From: Candidatus Latescibacterota bacterium
GTDB lineage: Bacteria > Latescibacterota > UBA2968
Assembly (NCBI GenBank): GCA_965198115.1
Contig: OZ240241.1
Span: forward strand, 4,448,001 to 4,512,000
Direction of reading: 5' to 3'
DNA: 64,000 nt
Shown: positions 54,052 to 64,000 of the stretch, piece after piece
How the letters are laid out: each line of letters opens with the position of its first letter
How positions within the stretch are numbered: the first letter of the stretch is position 1
Position numbers and translations under genes: made by a program
Notes under the pieces: model-generated
Databases searched by the model: none
The model's input: the letters and a program-made list of their open reading frames with translations, nothing else
What the model was told of the DNA's origin: nothing

Positions 54052-54669
54052 GTGACCGACATTCTCATCGTCTGCCAGGGCCAGGCCCAGACGCGGCGGG
54101 GTAACACCCTGTTCGGATGGTGGTCCGACGTCCCGCTCTCGTCACTCGGACGCCGTCAGTCTCTGCTGCTGGCAGGACGTCTCCAGACGGACTTCCAAGT
54201 CACCGCCCTCTACACAAGCCCGCTCCGCAGGGCGACCGAAATGGCTGATCTCATCGCCGATCAGGTCAAGGTTGTTCCTCAACAGCGGGCCGACCTGCGG
54301 GAACTCGACTGTGCGTCCCTCGAGGGCCTGTCCTACAAAGAAGCCTACGCCAAGTTTCCCGATTTAGTCCTCCACGGTCCCTCGGCAAGCGGTCACGGCG
54401 TCGAATCGTATGGCCAGTTCCAGGTACGCGTGGCGACGTCCATCAGGTCGATCATCCGGGAGAACAAAGGAGGGTGCGTCGTCGTCACACACGGGGGCCC
54501 CATCGTCGCCTACCTGCGCCACGTCCTCGGCCATACGTCCGGGGAGAATGAACCGGGACCCTACTTCGAAACGGCGCCCGCATCCGTACACGCTCTGTGC
54601 TTCGAAAGCCAAATCCCCACCGTCATCCGTCTCAACGACGTTTCACATCTCGCCGATGGCCCGAACTGA
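54052..54669 (+). CDS. Histidine phosphatase family protein (RHG motif degenerate: CQG)
   Basis: [32 protein letters not shown]. Confidence 0.82.
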   Translation: MTDILIVCQGQAQTRRGNTLFGWWSDVPLSSLGRRQSLLLAGRLQTDFQVTALYTSPLRRATEMADLIADQVKVVPQQRADLRELDCASLEGLSYKEAYAKFPDLVLHGPSASGHGVESYGQFQVRVATSIRSIIRENKGGCVVVTHGGPIVAYLRHVLGHTSGENEPGPYFETAPASVHALCFESQIPTVIRLNDVSHLADGPN

Positions 54670-55915
54670 CGCTCAAACGAACACCTACCCTGCGCGGACC
54701 CATCGGGACTCCAGAATCGCCGACCTGCAACCGGGCGTGCGTGCCACGATCGCCGGCCGACTGTTGATGTCCGGGGCAACCGTGCGACTTAGAGACGCGA
54801 GCGGCGAAGTCCCCATCGATCGGATCAGCGCCCCTGCAGACAGCATCGTCGAATGCATCGGACGTTGGAATCCACCCACGTTCACGGTCGATGCGGTCGA
54901 AGTCCTGGCGCCCTCGTCCCGACGCCCAGAGGCTACGACAGGTCAGATCCGGATGCGAGCCAGGATCCTCCGGCGGACGAGGGAGTTTTTCCACTCCCGT
55001 CATTTTGTCGAAGTCGAAACCCCCCTGCTGGTTCCGACGCCGGGAATGGAACCCCATTTGCGAGCCTTCGAAACGCTGAGCCAGCGGAAGACCCGGCGAT
55101 TTCTCCCCACATCCCCCGAATACGCAATGAAGCGGCTCCTCGCCCGTGGCGAAGAGCGGATCTATCAGATCTGCAAGGCCTTCCGGGACGAGCCGTTCTC
55201 GCGCTTCCACAGCGCCGAATTCACGATGCTCGAGTGGTATCGGGCCTTTGCTTCCTTCGAGGATATCGCGCACGACACGGAAGAACTCGTCAGCTGCCTG
55301 GCGGAGGAGACCCTCGGTAGCGCGCACCTCACAGTCGGGAGCGATCGAATCGCCCTCACTCCCCCCTGGGAACGGCTCACGGTCGACGAAGCCTTCGACC
55401 GGTATGCGTCGATCGACCGGCTTCCGGCTGCCGACCCGAGGGGATTCGTCCAAAGCTGTCTCGGCGATGCCACGTTGGGAGTGACACGGGAAGACACTTT
55501 TGAGGACATCTTCTTCAGGGTGTTTCTCGACCGCGTCGAACCCCGATTGGGGCGATCGAAGCCGACCATCCTCACAGACTACCCCGCCTCGATGGCCGCG
55601 CTCGCCAAATGCCGCGACGCTGCGCCACACACCGCAGAACGTTTCGAAATTTTCATCGGAGGCATTGAGCTTACGAACGCGTTCACCGAGCTCAACGACC
55701 CCGTCGAGCAGCGGGAACGCTTGAAGACCGAGGCCGGCGAGCGGACCCGCCACGGGATGCCCGAACAACCGATCGACGAAGCGTTCCTCGGCGCGCTCGA
55801 GATGGGAGTGCCACCTGCGGGCGGTATCGCTCTCGGGGTCGACCGCTTGATCATGCTCATGACGGAATCCACCCACATCAGGGATGTTTTGGCGTTTCCT
55901 GATCCACACATCTGA
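54656..55915 (+). CDS. epmA: EF-P lysine aminoacylase EpmA/GenX with N-terminal OB-fold-like extension
   Basis: [68 protein letters not shown]. Confidence 0.85.
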   Translation: MARTDAQTNTYPARTHRDSRIADLQPGVRATIAGRLLMSGATVRLRDASGEVPIDRISAPADSIVECIGRWNPPTFTVDAVEVLAPSSRRPEATTGQIRMRARILRRTREFFHSRHFVEVETPLLVPTPGMEPHLRAFETLSQRKTRRFLPTSPEYAMKRLLARGEERIYQICKAFRDEPFSRFHSAEFTMLEWYRAFASFEDIAHDTEELVSCLAEETLGSAHLTVGSDRIALTPPWERLTVDEAFDRYASIDRLPAADPRGFVQSCLGDATLGVTREDTFEDIFFRVFLDRVEPRLGRSKPTILTDYPASMAALAKCRDAAPHTAERFEIFIGGIELTNAFTELNDPVEQRERLKTEAGERTRHGMPEQPIDEAFLGALEMGVPPAGGIALGVDRLIMLMTESTHIRDVLAFPDPHI

Positions 55916-55935
55916 ACCGTTACCGGAGGAAAACG

Positions 55936-56697
55936 ATGGGTCAACTCGAAGGCAAGGTCGCCCTCATCACCGGCGGGGGTACCGGGATCGGCCGGGCAAC
56001 CGCCCTGCGCTTTGCTCGAGACGGCGCCGATGTCGCCGTCAACTACAGTCGATCGAAGGACGACGCCGACCAGACCGTGGCCGACCTCGAAGCCCTCGGA
56101 CGGAAGGCCGTCGCCATCCAGGCCGACGTGTCGGACAACACCTCGGTCGTAAAAATGGTCGAAGAGACGGTCGCTGCCCTGGGCAGGCTCGATATCCTCG
56201 TCAACAACGCGGGCACCACCAGGATGGTCCCCCTCGACGACCTCGATGGCCTTACCGACGAAGACTGGAACCGGACCGTGGCGGTCAACGTCAAAGGGAC
56301 CTTCTACACCTGCCGGGCGGCGATTCCCAGAATGAAGGAGACCGGAGGCGGCCGCATCGTCAACGTCGGCTCGATCGCCGGCACGACCGGCCAGGGCAGT
56401 TCGATCGCCTACGCGGCGTCCAAAGCAGCCATCATCTGCATGACGAAGTCGCTCGCCGTGAGCCAGGCTCCCGAGATCCAGGTCAACGTGGTCTCTCCGG
56501 GCCTCGTCGAGACCCGCTGGTCCGCGGGCTGGGAGGAGTCCAATCAGGGCCACGCTCGGAGCACACCCATGCACCGTAACGCCCAGGCCGAAGATGTGGC
56601 CGAAGCCATCTACGGGGTCGCAACCAGCGGGTTCGTGACCGGTCAGAACCTGATCATCGACGGCGGCCGCACCCTCTGGCTCTCTGCTGCCCGATAG
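55936..56697 (+). CDS. SDR-family oxidoreductase
   Basis: TGGGTGIG, NNAG, YAASK. Confidence 0.93.
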   Translation: MGQLEGKVALITGGGTGIGRATALRFARDGADVAVNYSRSKDDADQTVADLEALGRKAVAIQADVSDNTSVVKMVEETVAALGRLDILVNNAGTTRMVPLDDLDGLTDEDWNRTVAVNVKGTFYTCRAAIPRMKETGGGRIVNVGSIAGTTGQGSSIAYAASKAAIICMTKSLAVSQAPEIQVNVVSPGLVETRWSAGWEESNQGHARSTPMHRNAQAEDVAEAIYGVATSGFVTGQNLIIDGGRTLWLSAAR

Positions 56698-56715
56698 TCC
56701 GCGGCCTTCGGTCGT

Positions 56716-56743
56716 TGCCCGGGACGGTGGTGCGTCCCGGGCA
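56716..56743. terminator. Hairpin after the SDR gene
   Basis: TGCCCGGGACG-N6-CGTCCCGGGCA; no U-tract. Confidence 0.5.
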
Positions 56744-56752
56744 GCCATCTCT

Positions 56753-56785
56753 GGAAAATTATTCCGAGCACCGGAAAAATTATCC
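56753..56785. promoter_or_regulatory. Tandem near-palindromic sites, putative enhancer (UAS)
   Basis: GGAAAATTATTCC (56753) and GGAAAAATTATCC (56773), 20 bp apart. Confidence 0.6.
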
Positions 56786-56887
56786 GTCCGCTTCTTGACT
56801 CCCTTCAGCCGCGAGCCTACATTCAAGTCCGGAATTGACAGCAGGTTAGCGCCCACATCCGGTCCGTGAGCCACACCCCCTGTGGTG

Positions 56888-56903
56888 TGGATTCCGCTTT
56901 GCA
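56888..56903 (+). promoter_or_regulatory. Putative sigma54 -24/-12 promoter
   Basis: TGGATTCCGCTTTGCA = GG-N10-GC with TTGCA, ~100-135 bp downstream of the tandem sites. Confidence 0.55.
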
Positions 56904-57044
56904 CTGCGCTTGGGGATCCAGACCGGTCGTGGAGCGTTTTCGAAGGGTCGCGGCCTCCCCCTCGAGCCGAACCTCCTTCGAACACTCCCCGCACGCTGGC
57001 GTCTCGACCGGACACGGGTCGACACCCTCACACCGGGCATTCTT

Positions 57045-57602
57045 ATGGCTGGTGAATCCATCCTGATCGTCGACGATGACCCCTTTATGCGCGAACTCCT
57101 CCAGGAGTCGCTCACCGAGGCGGAATTCGTCGTCGACGTGGCCGAAACCGGCAAAGACGCACTTCATCGAGTAAGCACGCGGGAATTCCACGTCGCGCTG
57201 ATCGATCTCAGTCTGGAGGACATGAGCGGACTCGACGTCGTCGACACGCTGATCGACGGATCTCCAGACACGCGTATCATCATCATGACCGGCTACCCGA
57301 GCATCCAGACGGCCATCGACGCGCTGCGACGGGGCGCTCAGGACTACATCATCAAGCCTTTCAAAATGCCCGAAGTCCAGGCCGCCGTCGCTCGGAGCCT
57401 GCGTGTGCAAAAGATAGAGGCCGAAGTTCGGTCGCTTAGGCTCAAGGTGCGGGATCAGGAACAGGAAATCACACGACTTCGCGCCGGGACCCCGGGGCGA
57501 CCCGTCGCCGGCGGGCCCCAGGCGGCCCCACGGCCTGCCGCACTTCCGGGCTCCTACGGTGCACCCCGGGCACAACCGCCCGAGGAAGAAGGTCAGGCGT
57601 GA
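57045..57602 (+). CDS. Response regulator (REC + coiled coil, no DNA-binding domain)
   Basis: ILIVDDD, ALIDLSL, MTGY, DYIIKPF. Confidence 0.87.
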   Translation: MAGESILIVDDDPFMRELLQESLTEAEFVVDVAETGKDALHRVSTREFHVALIDLSLEDMSGLDVVDTLIDGSPDTRIIIMTGYPSIQTAIDALRRGAQDYIIKPFKMPEVQAAVARSLRVQKIEAEVRSLRLKVRDQEQEITRLRAGTPGRPVAGGPQAAPRPAALPGSYGAPRAQPPEEEGQA

Positions 57603-57922
57603 GCCTCCAGGACATCCGTCGTCTCGAACACCGGGCCTCAGAGCTCGCCAACCGGATCGGGAAGAAACTCTCCGAAGGCGAGAATCCGACGTCTCTGCTC
57701 CAGGACATCCAGGAGCAGATCGATGTCGTCAACGTCCTGCACCGCGAGATTCAGGTCCTGGCAGAGGCTCCCGACGGTCGGCTCAGCGTGGCGGCGCTCA
57801 AGCGCTTGAAGGCATCCTTCAAAGCCCTCGCCGACTGCGTGGACGCCAATGTCCAGACGGCACGGAAGAAGGGAGTCCGCATCACGCCGCCGGCCGAACC
57901 GGCTCGGGGAGCGACGCGCTGA
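57599..57922 (+). CDS. Small helical hypothetical protein
   Basis: GTGA-coupled to the upstream gene; amphipathic helices. Confidence 0.65.
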   Translation: MSLQDIRRLEHRASELANRIGKKLSEGENPTSLLQDIQEQIDVVNVLHREIQVLAEAPDGRLSVAALKRLKASFKALADCVDANVQTARKKGVRITPPAEPARGATR

Positions 57923-57927
57923 AGCCC

Positions 57928-59150
57928 ATGTCCGATACCACGCCCGACGACCTGGCTGCGTTCGCGGAGGCTTACACGGCCTTTAACAGCGCGCTCGAAA
58001 AGCTGGCCGCTTCCCAGCGCGATCTGGAGTCCCACTTTCACACACTGAGCCACAGTTACAGGCCACCAACGAGCGATTGCAAAGCAGCCTCGAGGACGAA
58101 AACCGGCTCAGCGCCTATCTTGAAAGCATGCTCGAGGGACTGAGTTCCGGGATCGTCGCCGTCGACACGGCCAACCGCGTGACGCTCATCAACGAAGCCG
58201 CCGCGAGCCTCCTCGAATGCCGACCCGAATCGATCCTGCACGAGCCCGCAGAAACGGTGCTCGGCGACGCGGCCAGTCTTCTTCACCTCACCATCACCGC
58301 CGGTGAGGGGGTGTCGGAACAGGATCGAGAGCTCACCGCCACCGAAGGTCATTCACGACCCGTGAGGTTCAAGACCGCCTGCCTGAGGAGTCGTGACGGC
58401 ACAGTGCTCGGTGCGCTGGCCATCATCGACGACGTGTCGCAGATGCGGGAGTTGTCGCGGCAGGCCAGCCGGGTGAGCACCCTGACCGCCTTGGGAGAAA
58501 TGTCGGCCACCGTCGCCCACGAAATCAGAAACCCTCTGGGCGGGATCGGAGGATTCGCCGACGTCCTGGCCCGCAAGCTCGAGCCCGACGACCCCAGGCG
58601 TCGCCTCGTCGTCAAGATCACCGAGGGCATCGATCGACTCAACAGCGTCGTTTCGAACCTGTTGACCTACACGAGGCCCGCCCAGCTCAACCTGCGTCCC
58701 GTCGAAGTCGTCGAGGACTGCGTCGGATTCTTCGAGATCGACGTTCAGCGCGACTACACGGTCGAGAAGCTGCCCTGCCAGATCGACCCGGAGCAGGTGC
58801 AGCAGATCGTCCTGAACCTCTTGCACAACGCCGTGCAGGCCATTCCAGAGTCCGGATGGGTCAGGATACAGGTTCGATCTGAAGACGATGCCGCCGGCCT
58901 CTACGAGTGGGAAGAAACGGCCACCCCCTCCTCACCCGTCGCCGTGCTCTCCATCGCGGATTCCGGCATCGGAATGACAAAGGACATTCAGGCCAAGCTG
59001 TTCCGTCCCTTCTTCACGACGAAAGAAGACGGCAACGGCCTCGGTCTGGCCACAGCCAAAAAAATCATCGAAGCACACGGGGGTGCCATCGACGTGCAGA
59101 GCAAGCCCCGTAAGGGTACGGAGTTCAGTGTGATTCTTCCGGTCGGCTGA
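57928..59150 (+). CDS. Cytoplasmic PAS sensor histidine kinase (FleS/FlrB-like architecture); frameshift ~58051
   Basis: N-terminal coil (AFNSALEKL) joins QLQATNERLQ after a 1-bp shift; PAS (LSSGIVAVD), VAHEIRNPLGG, NLLHNAVQA, FTTKEDGNGLGL. Confidence 0.82.
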
Positions 59151-59188
59151 ACACACCTTCCCGGCGCGCACCGGGAACAGTCAGAGGA

Positions 59189-60592
59189 ATGAACATGAAA
59201 AAGCTCCTGATCGTGGACGACGACGGATACTCTCGGTCATCCTTCGTATCCCAGCTCGAGGACGCCTACGAAGTAGACGAAGCCGAAAACGGCGACGAGG
59301 CGCTCACAAAACTCGCCGAAGGGGACTTCGACGTCGTCCTCTCCGACATTCGCATGCCGGGCATGTCGGGCATCGACCTGCTCGAGAGAGTGACCGAACG
59401 GCACCCCGACGTGCGGGTCCTCATGATCTCAGCACTCGATCAGGTCGACACGGCCGTCGAAGCCATGCGAAAGGGCGCCTACGACTACCTCGTCAAAGGG
59501 GAAGTCGTGGGTGACGAGCTGGGTCTGCGAGTCGACCGGGTGCTCGAAGTGCAGGAGCTCAAAAAAGAGAACACCCGACTCAAAACCGAGCTTGGGCAAC
59601 GGTTCAGCTTTGGAAACATGGTCGGAAAGACCAAGATCATGGACGAAGTCTTCGAGCTCGTCGAAACGGTGGCAAAGAGCCGGTCGACGGTCCTCATCAA
59701 CGGAGAGAGCGGAACTGGAAAGGAATTGGTGGCTCGCGCAATTCACTACAACAGCCCGCGGGCAGACCGACCCTTCATCAAACTCAACTGCGCCGCATTG
59801 CCACAAGACCTGATCGAAAGCGAGTTGTTCGGACACGAAAAAGGCTCGTTCACCGGCGCCGTCAAGCAGACGAAGGGGCGCTTCGAGCTCGCCGACGGCG
59901 GCACGCTCCTCCTGGACGAAATCAGCGAGATCGAACCGCCTTTGCAGGCCAAGCTGCTTCGCGTACTGCAGGAACGCGAATTCGAACGCATCGGCAGCGG
60001 GAACACCATCACCGTTGACGTCCGGATCGTCGCCACGACGAACCGGAACCTCAGAGAAGAGATCGAGAAAGGGAAATTTAGAGAAGACCTCTACTATCGG
60101 CTCAACGTCATTCCCATCCAGATGCCCACGCTGAGGGACCGGAAGGGTGACATCCCTTCGCTCGCAGAGCACTTTCTGGAGAAATACAACGCCGAAAACG
60201 AAAAAGAAATCAGCGGGTTCAACGAGAAGGCGATGGAAATTTTCATGGCCTACGACTGGCCGGGTAATGTCCGCGAACTCGAAAACTACGTCGAGCGCGC
60301 TGTCGTCATCTGCCAGGAACCGCAGGTGCGCGAAAATCACCTGCCCCTCGACATCCTCACCGGCGCACCGCGTACCGGCGGTGGAGACGACGGCGTCAGC
60401 GTCGGAACGACCGTCAGAGAGATGGAAAAGAGACTCATCCTCAAGACCCTCGAGGCCAGCGACGGAAACAGGACGAACGCCGCGGACTTGCTCGGAATCA
60501 GCTCCAGGACCCTGCGCAACAAATTGCACGAATACGGTATGGCCGGCATCTACCGAAAGGGCGCTCCCGCGTCGGAAAGCGCCGATGCCTGA
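59189..60592 (+). CDS. Sigma54-dependent response regulator (NtrC/FleR-like)
   Basis: REC domain, GESGTGKE, ESELFGHEKGSFTGA, LDEISE, FREDLYYRLNV, WPGNVRELEN, Fis HTH with ISSRTLRNKL. Confidence 0.93.
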   Translation: MNMKKLLIVDDDGYSRSSFVSQLEDAYEVDEAENGDEALTKLAEGDFDVVLSDIRMPGMSGIDLLERVTERHPDVRVLMISALDQVDTAVEAMRKGAYDYLVKGEVVGDELGLRVDRVLEVQELKKENTRLKTELGQRFSFGNMVGKTKIMDEVFELVETVAKSRSTVLINGESGTGKELVARAIHYNSPRADRPFIKLNCAALPQDLIESELFGHEKGSFTGAVKQTKGRFELADGGTLLLDEISEIEPPLQAKLLRVLQEREFERIGSGNTITVDVRIVATTNRNLREEIEKGKFREDLYYRLNVIPIQMPTLRDRKGDIPSLAEHFLEKYNAENEKEISGFNEKAMEIFMAYDWPGNVRELENYVERAVVICQEPQVRENHLPLDILTGAPRTGGGDDGVSVGTTVREMEKRLILKTLEASDGNRTNAADLLGISSRTLRNKLHEYGMAGIYRKGAPASESADA

Positions 60593-61071
60593 CACCTTCA
60601 TCGCCGAACGAGGACCCGTCACGGTCGGGGCGTTTCTGTTTCCGGTCCCCGGAAGGGGAAGCAACGCTCAAACTCGCTTCTGAATCTTCAGGAAGGGTAA
60701 TGACAAGCGCAGAATAAATTAGAGTTGGTAACTTATCGTATTATCAAGTCTTGATAAATCTCCGCCAACACATTATACTCTTCACAACCCAAAAGCATCA
60801 TACACGGCAACCGCTCCACGAGGCCTGTCTCCGGCCCAAACATCTGACGCTGCATACGACGACGACAAGCAGACCCGTCCTCTGGGATCGCGCGATCCTT
60901 CGCAGCGGAGCAGAGCCCGGGCCGTCGAGCGCAACGAGCCGGCCGGGAGCGTGAGTCGAGAGCCGCAACCTCAACACCGGAGGGGATGATGCCACCGGGC
61001 AGTCTATGCGGGCGCGGCGTTAACCTTTCGTCGTGCCCGCTACGCATTTCCCCTCCCCCTGGAGCCCTCCT

Positions 61072-61506
61072 ATGAAAGTCAACGACATTCTCCAAACCAA
61101 GGGCACACGCGTCGTGTTCGTCGGACCCGACCTCAAGTTGTCCGAAGCGCTCGACACCATGATCTCCAACAAAGTCGGGGCCCTGCCCGTCAAGGACAAG
61201 TCCGGCGACATCATCGGCATCATCACCGAGCGCGACCTGATGAGAGCCGTTCACCAGAACGCCGACCTCGATGCCGAGCGCGTCGTCGACCGAATGACGC
61301 AAGACATCGTCGCCGGCCACCTCGATGACAGCCTCGAGCACGTCATGGCCACCATGACGGAGCGTCGTTTCAGACACATGCCGATCCTCCAGGAAGGTAA
61401 GCTCGTCGGCATCATGAGCATCGGCGACCTCGTCAAATCGCAGCTACGCCACGTCGAACGACAGGTCAGCGAACTCACCGACTACGTCGCAGGAAACGCA
61501 GCGTAA
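61072..61506 (+). CDS. CBS-domain protein
   Basis: MKVNDILQTKG, GIITERD, RRFRHMP, GIMSIGDLVK. Confidence 0.9.
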   Translation: MKVNDILQTKGTRVVFVGPDLKLSEALDTMISNKVGALPVKDKSGDIIGIITERDLMRAVHQNADLDAERVVDRMTQDIVAGHLDDSLEHVMATMTERRFRHMPILQEGKLVGIMSIGDLVKSQLRHVERQVSELTDYVAGNAA

Positions 61507-61563
61507 ACAGAAAAAGGCCGCCCTGTCCTAGACAGAGCAGCCCTGTCAGGTTTGTCGACGTCG

Positions 61564-62787
61564 CTACCGGTATCCGTCGTTCACCTCCCCGACCTCACGA
61601 ACCAGTCTGATTCCGATTCCGATCCCCGCACCCTCGGTTTCCGTAAAATCTCTGGCCGCAGAGCGCACGCCCTCGCGACTCGACTGGTAAGACCCGCCGC
61701 GTACGACCCGCTTCGAGCGATACCCCGAATCCGAGTGCACACCCGATGCAGGGCCCGACGGGTCGATCTGAAGTCCCCCCGTGTAGGGTCGATACCAGTC
61801 CTGGACCCACTCGGCCACGTTGCCGTGCACATCGTAAAGACCCCAGTCATTCGGACGTCGAGTCCCCACGGGGTGCGCGAAACCTTCCCCACGGTTAAGG
61901 GTGTTCGCCTCGATCCACGCGTATTCCGTCAGATCGACTTCATCCGAACCCCACGGCGTTTGCGAACCCGCGCGGGCCGCATACTCCCATTCGGCCTCGG
62001 TCGGTAGCCGGTAGACGGGTCTGCCCGCGTGCGCGTTCAGGGCGCGCAGGAGATCCTGGACCCCCTCCCAGCCCGTGCTTTCGGCCGGGTAGGCATCCCC
62101 ATCTGGCGAGAACACGAGCGCGTCGGGATTTCCGATCCGTTCCACCACGTCCCGATACGTGCGCCACGGCGTCGTCCCGACCGCCTGGTACCACTGTCTT
62201 TGCGTCAGCTCGTGCCGACTGACGTAGTAATCGCGCGTCAAGACCACTTCGACGCGCGGGCCTTCGTCGACCGAGCGGCCGGGCTCCGTCGCGGGTGACC
62301 CCATCCAGAACTTGCCCGCGCGAACCCGTACTATCTCGATCTCGGTCCCTCCCGGCAACGAGAAAATCCGGACGTCCGACGGATGTGGAATGGCGTAGGT
62401 CGAGCGGGAACCGTTGAGATCGAGCGTTAGATGGTATTCGCGCCCGGCGTTGAGCGGCAGGCTGGCCCACGATCCGAGTGGACGACCGGCCAGCGAAGCG
62501 ATCGCTTCGTAATAGCCGTGCGTGGACGGCAGATGGAAGATCGACTTTCCGCGATCGTCCGTGCGCTCTGCGATAGAGCGACCGGGTCGTCCTGAGGGCC
62601 GGAGTCGGACGTCCACACCCTTTACGGGTGTGCCGGTGTCGGTGAGAGTCACCACCACCGACAACCGTTTCGAGACGGCTGGCTTGGACAGGACACCGGG
62701 CGCGAGGGAAAGCGCGCCATCGGTTCCACATCCGAAGACGGATAGGGTCGCCAGCCAGAGACCCAGGCGCAGGGGGAGTGTGCGCAC
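61564..62787 (-). CDS. Lipoprotein with formylglycine-generating-enzyme (SUMF1/FGE-sulfatase) domain
   Basis: Lipobox VFGC; FWMGS, YRLPTEAEWEYAARAG, NDWGLYDVHGNVAEWVQDWY, RVVRGGS. Confidence 0.9.
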   Translation of the reverse strand: MRTLPLRLGLWLATLSVFGCGTDGALSLAPGVLSKPAVSKRLSVVVTLTDTGTPVKGVDVRLRPSGRPGRSIAERTDDRGKSIFHLPSTHGYYEAIASLAGRPLGSWASLPLNAGREYHLTLDLNGSRSTYAIPHPSDVRIFSLPGGTEIEIVRVRAGKFWMGSPATEPGRSVDEGPRVEVVLTRDYYVSRHELTQRQWYQAVGTTPWRTYRDVVERIGNPDALVFSPDGDAYPAESTGWEGVQDLLRALNAHAGRPVYRLPTEAEWEYAARAGSQTPWGSDEVDLTEYAWIEANTLNRGEGFAHPVGTRRPNDWGLYDVHGNVAEWVQDWYRPYTGGLQIDPSGPASGVHSDSGYRSKRVVRGGSYQSSREGVRSAARDFTETEGAGIGIGIRLVREVGEVNDGYR

Positions 62788-63124
62788 GGATCACCTTCCT
62801 GAAGGGGAATGTCAGGATGATGGCGAATGTGTTATCGTTATCGGTCAACGGCCAAAAAACTGTAGACCTGGCAGCAAAGATACAGGCTAAGGCCTGAAAT
62901 ATCAAACAGTTGTCACTAAATCTAGATCGAGGAAGATCGGGGAACCCCGCGCCCACACGATCGTTTAAGGGGTGAGCTATTAGAAACAGTCCGGTTATTG
63001 GACTGTCACGTTAGCTCACATTATACTTAGCACCTACCGCGTGGCGTGCGGCAGAGTAGCCGTTACGGTTACCCCGCATCCAACCGGCAGACGAAGGCGC
63101 CCAACCCTCCCGTGGGCGCCTTCG

Positions 63125-64000
63125 CTATCTCTGGTCCGGAACGTGAGGCCCGACCCGAATCGAATGGGCCTTCACCAGACAATACACCCCGTCCCCGGTC
63201 TTCAGACCCAGTTCCTCGACCGCCTCCAGCGTGATCTCCACGAGCAGGCGCTTTCCCACGTCGACCGACACCATCGCCAACGAACCGGCACGACGAACGT
63301 CCGCGATCTGTCCTCGCAAGGCGTTGCGAAGACTCAGGCCGTGCGGCTCCGTCCGTGACAGGATGATGTCGTTCGCCCGGATACCGATGAACAACCGGGT
63401 TCCCAGTGGACGACCGCACGGTGGGATCTTGATCTCCTGCCCTCGGAATGAGACCCGGGACACGCCTGCTTCCGTGTCTTCCCGCTCGACCTGAACCTGC
63501 AGGACATTCTCGAACCCGTAATCTCCCAGCAGCGGCGTCACGGCTTCTTGGTGGGCCACGTCGAAAAAATCGCCCTGGGCCACGCACCGGCCCCCCGACA
63601 GAATGGCCACCTGTCCCGTCAGCTGAAGGATGTCGCCCACCGAATGGCTGACATACAGCATCGGCAGTCCCAGAGAATCCCTGATCGTCCTCAGATAGGG
63701 GAGAATCCGATTTTTCAGACCCTGATCAAGCGCAGCCAGGGGTTCGTCGAGGGTCAGGAACCGTGGGGATCGGAGCAGAGCACGACCGAGTGCCACGCGC
63801 TGGCGTTCGCCACCCGACAGCTGGGCGGGGCGATGGTCCAGCCGCGAGTCGAGGTCGAGCAGTCCGATCACGTCGTCTGGGCGCATCCGCCGATCGGACG
63901 GGGGCTGCAGGTCATACCCGTAGAGAAGGTTCCGACAGACCGTCATATGGGGAAACAGCAGCTCATCCTGGAACACGCACCCGATCCCCCGATGCTCGGG
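63125..64000 (-). CDS. modC: Molybdate ABC transporter ATP-binding protein (5' end outside window)
   Basis: IGCVFQDELLFPH, LSGGERQRVALGRALL, LDEPLAALD, YVSHS; C-terminal Mop/TOBE (SLRNALRG, EITLEAVEELGL..G..VYCLVK). Confidence 0.9.
   Translation of the reverse strand, partial: PEHRGIGCVFQDELLFPHMTVCRNLLYGYDLQPPSDRRMRPDDVIGLLDLDSRLDHRPAQLSGGERQRVALGRALLRSPRFLTLDEPLAALDQGLKNRILPYLRTIRDSLGLPMLYVSHSVGDILQLTGQVAILSGGRCVAQGDFFDVAHQEAVTPLLGDYGFENVLQVQVEREDTEAGVSRVSFRGQEIKIPPCGRPLGTRLFIGIRANDIILSRTEPHGLSLRNALRGQIADVRRAGSLAMVSVDVGKRLLVEITLEAVEELGLKTGDGVYCLVKAHSIRVGPHVPDQR

Noticed and set aside
11513-58055. Programmed frameshifting at ~11513, ~25987, ~27155, ~28115 and ~58051
   Set aside because: These are single-base indels, mostly in short homopolymers; the ISAzo13 twin lacks the extra G. 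Sequencing error or decay is more likely
60600-61070. Possible ncRNA or riboswitch in the AT-richer intergenic gap (also 62790-63120)
   Set aside because: No family motif recognised by eye; an Rfam scan would be needed

Overview
GC-rich (~60%) bacterial window. The gene repertoire (Bacteroidota-type sdhCA, PorV-like barrel, T9SS-type C-terminal domain, GWxTD proteins, NHL proteins with dockerin-like tails) suggests an FCB-superphylum organism, possibly Latescibacterota-like; this is inference only. Housekeeping and metabolic genes include sdhC/sdhA, a GH13, oxidoreductases, a SelA-like PLP enzyme, peptidases, GAPDH, ABC transporter genes, epmA and modC. Eight IS elements from six families (IS1380, 2x IS200/IS605, IS630, 2x ISAzo13, IS256 with a nested IS1182) cover about 15% of the window, and many genes are broken. 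The best candidate for an undescribed system is the co-oriented ~15.7 kb surface locus at 27500-43162: TonB-dependent receptor, large secreted protein with a T9SS-like CTD, PorV-like barrel, two paralogous TPR-GWxTD proteins and two NHL-repeat proteins with dockerin/EF-hand tails. Also notable: two IS200-type copies in the same GTAAC^TG target whose exact removal rejoins both interrupted reading frames; a sigma54 promoter with tandem upstream sites ahead of an FleSR/FlrBC-like cascade; an EpmA with an extra OB-fold-like N-terminus; and an in-frame UGA followed by a hairpin in the GH13 gene. Several 1-bp frameshifts lie in homopolymers and may be sequencing errors. No rRNA, tRNA or CRISPR array was recognised.
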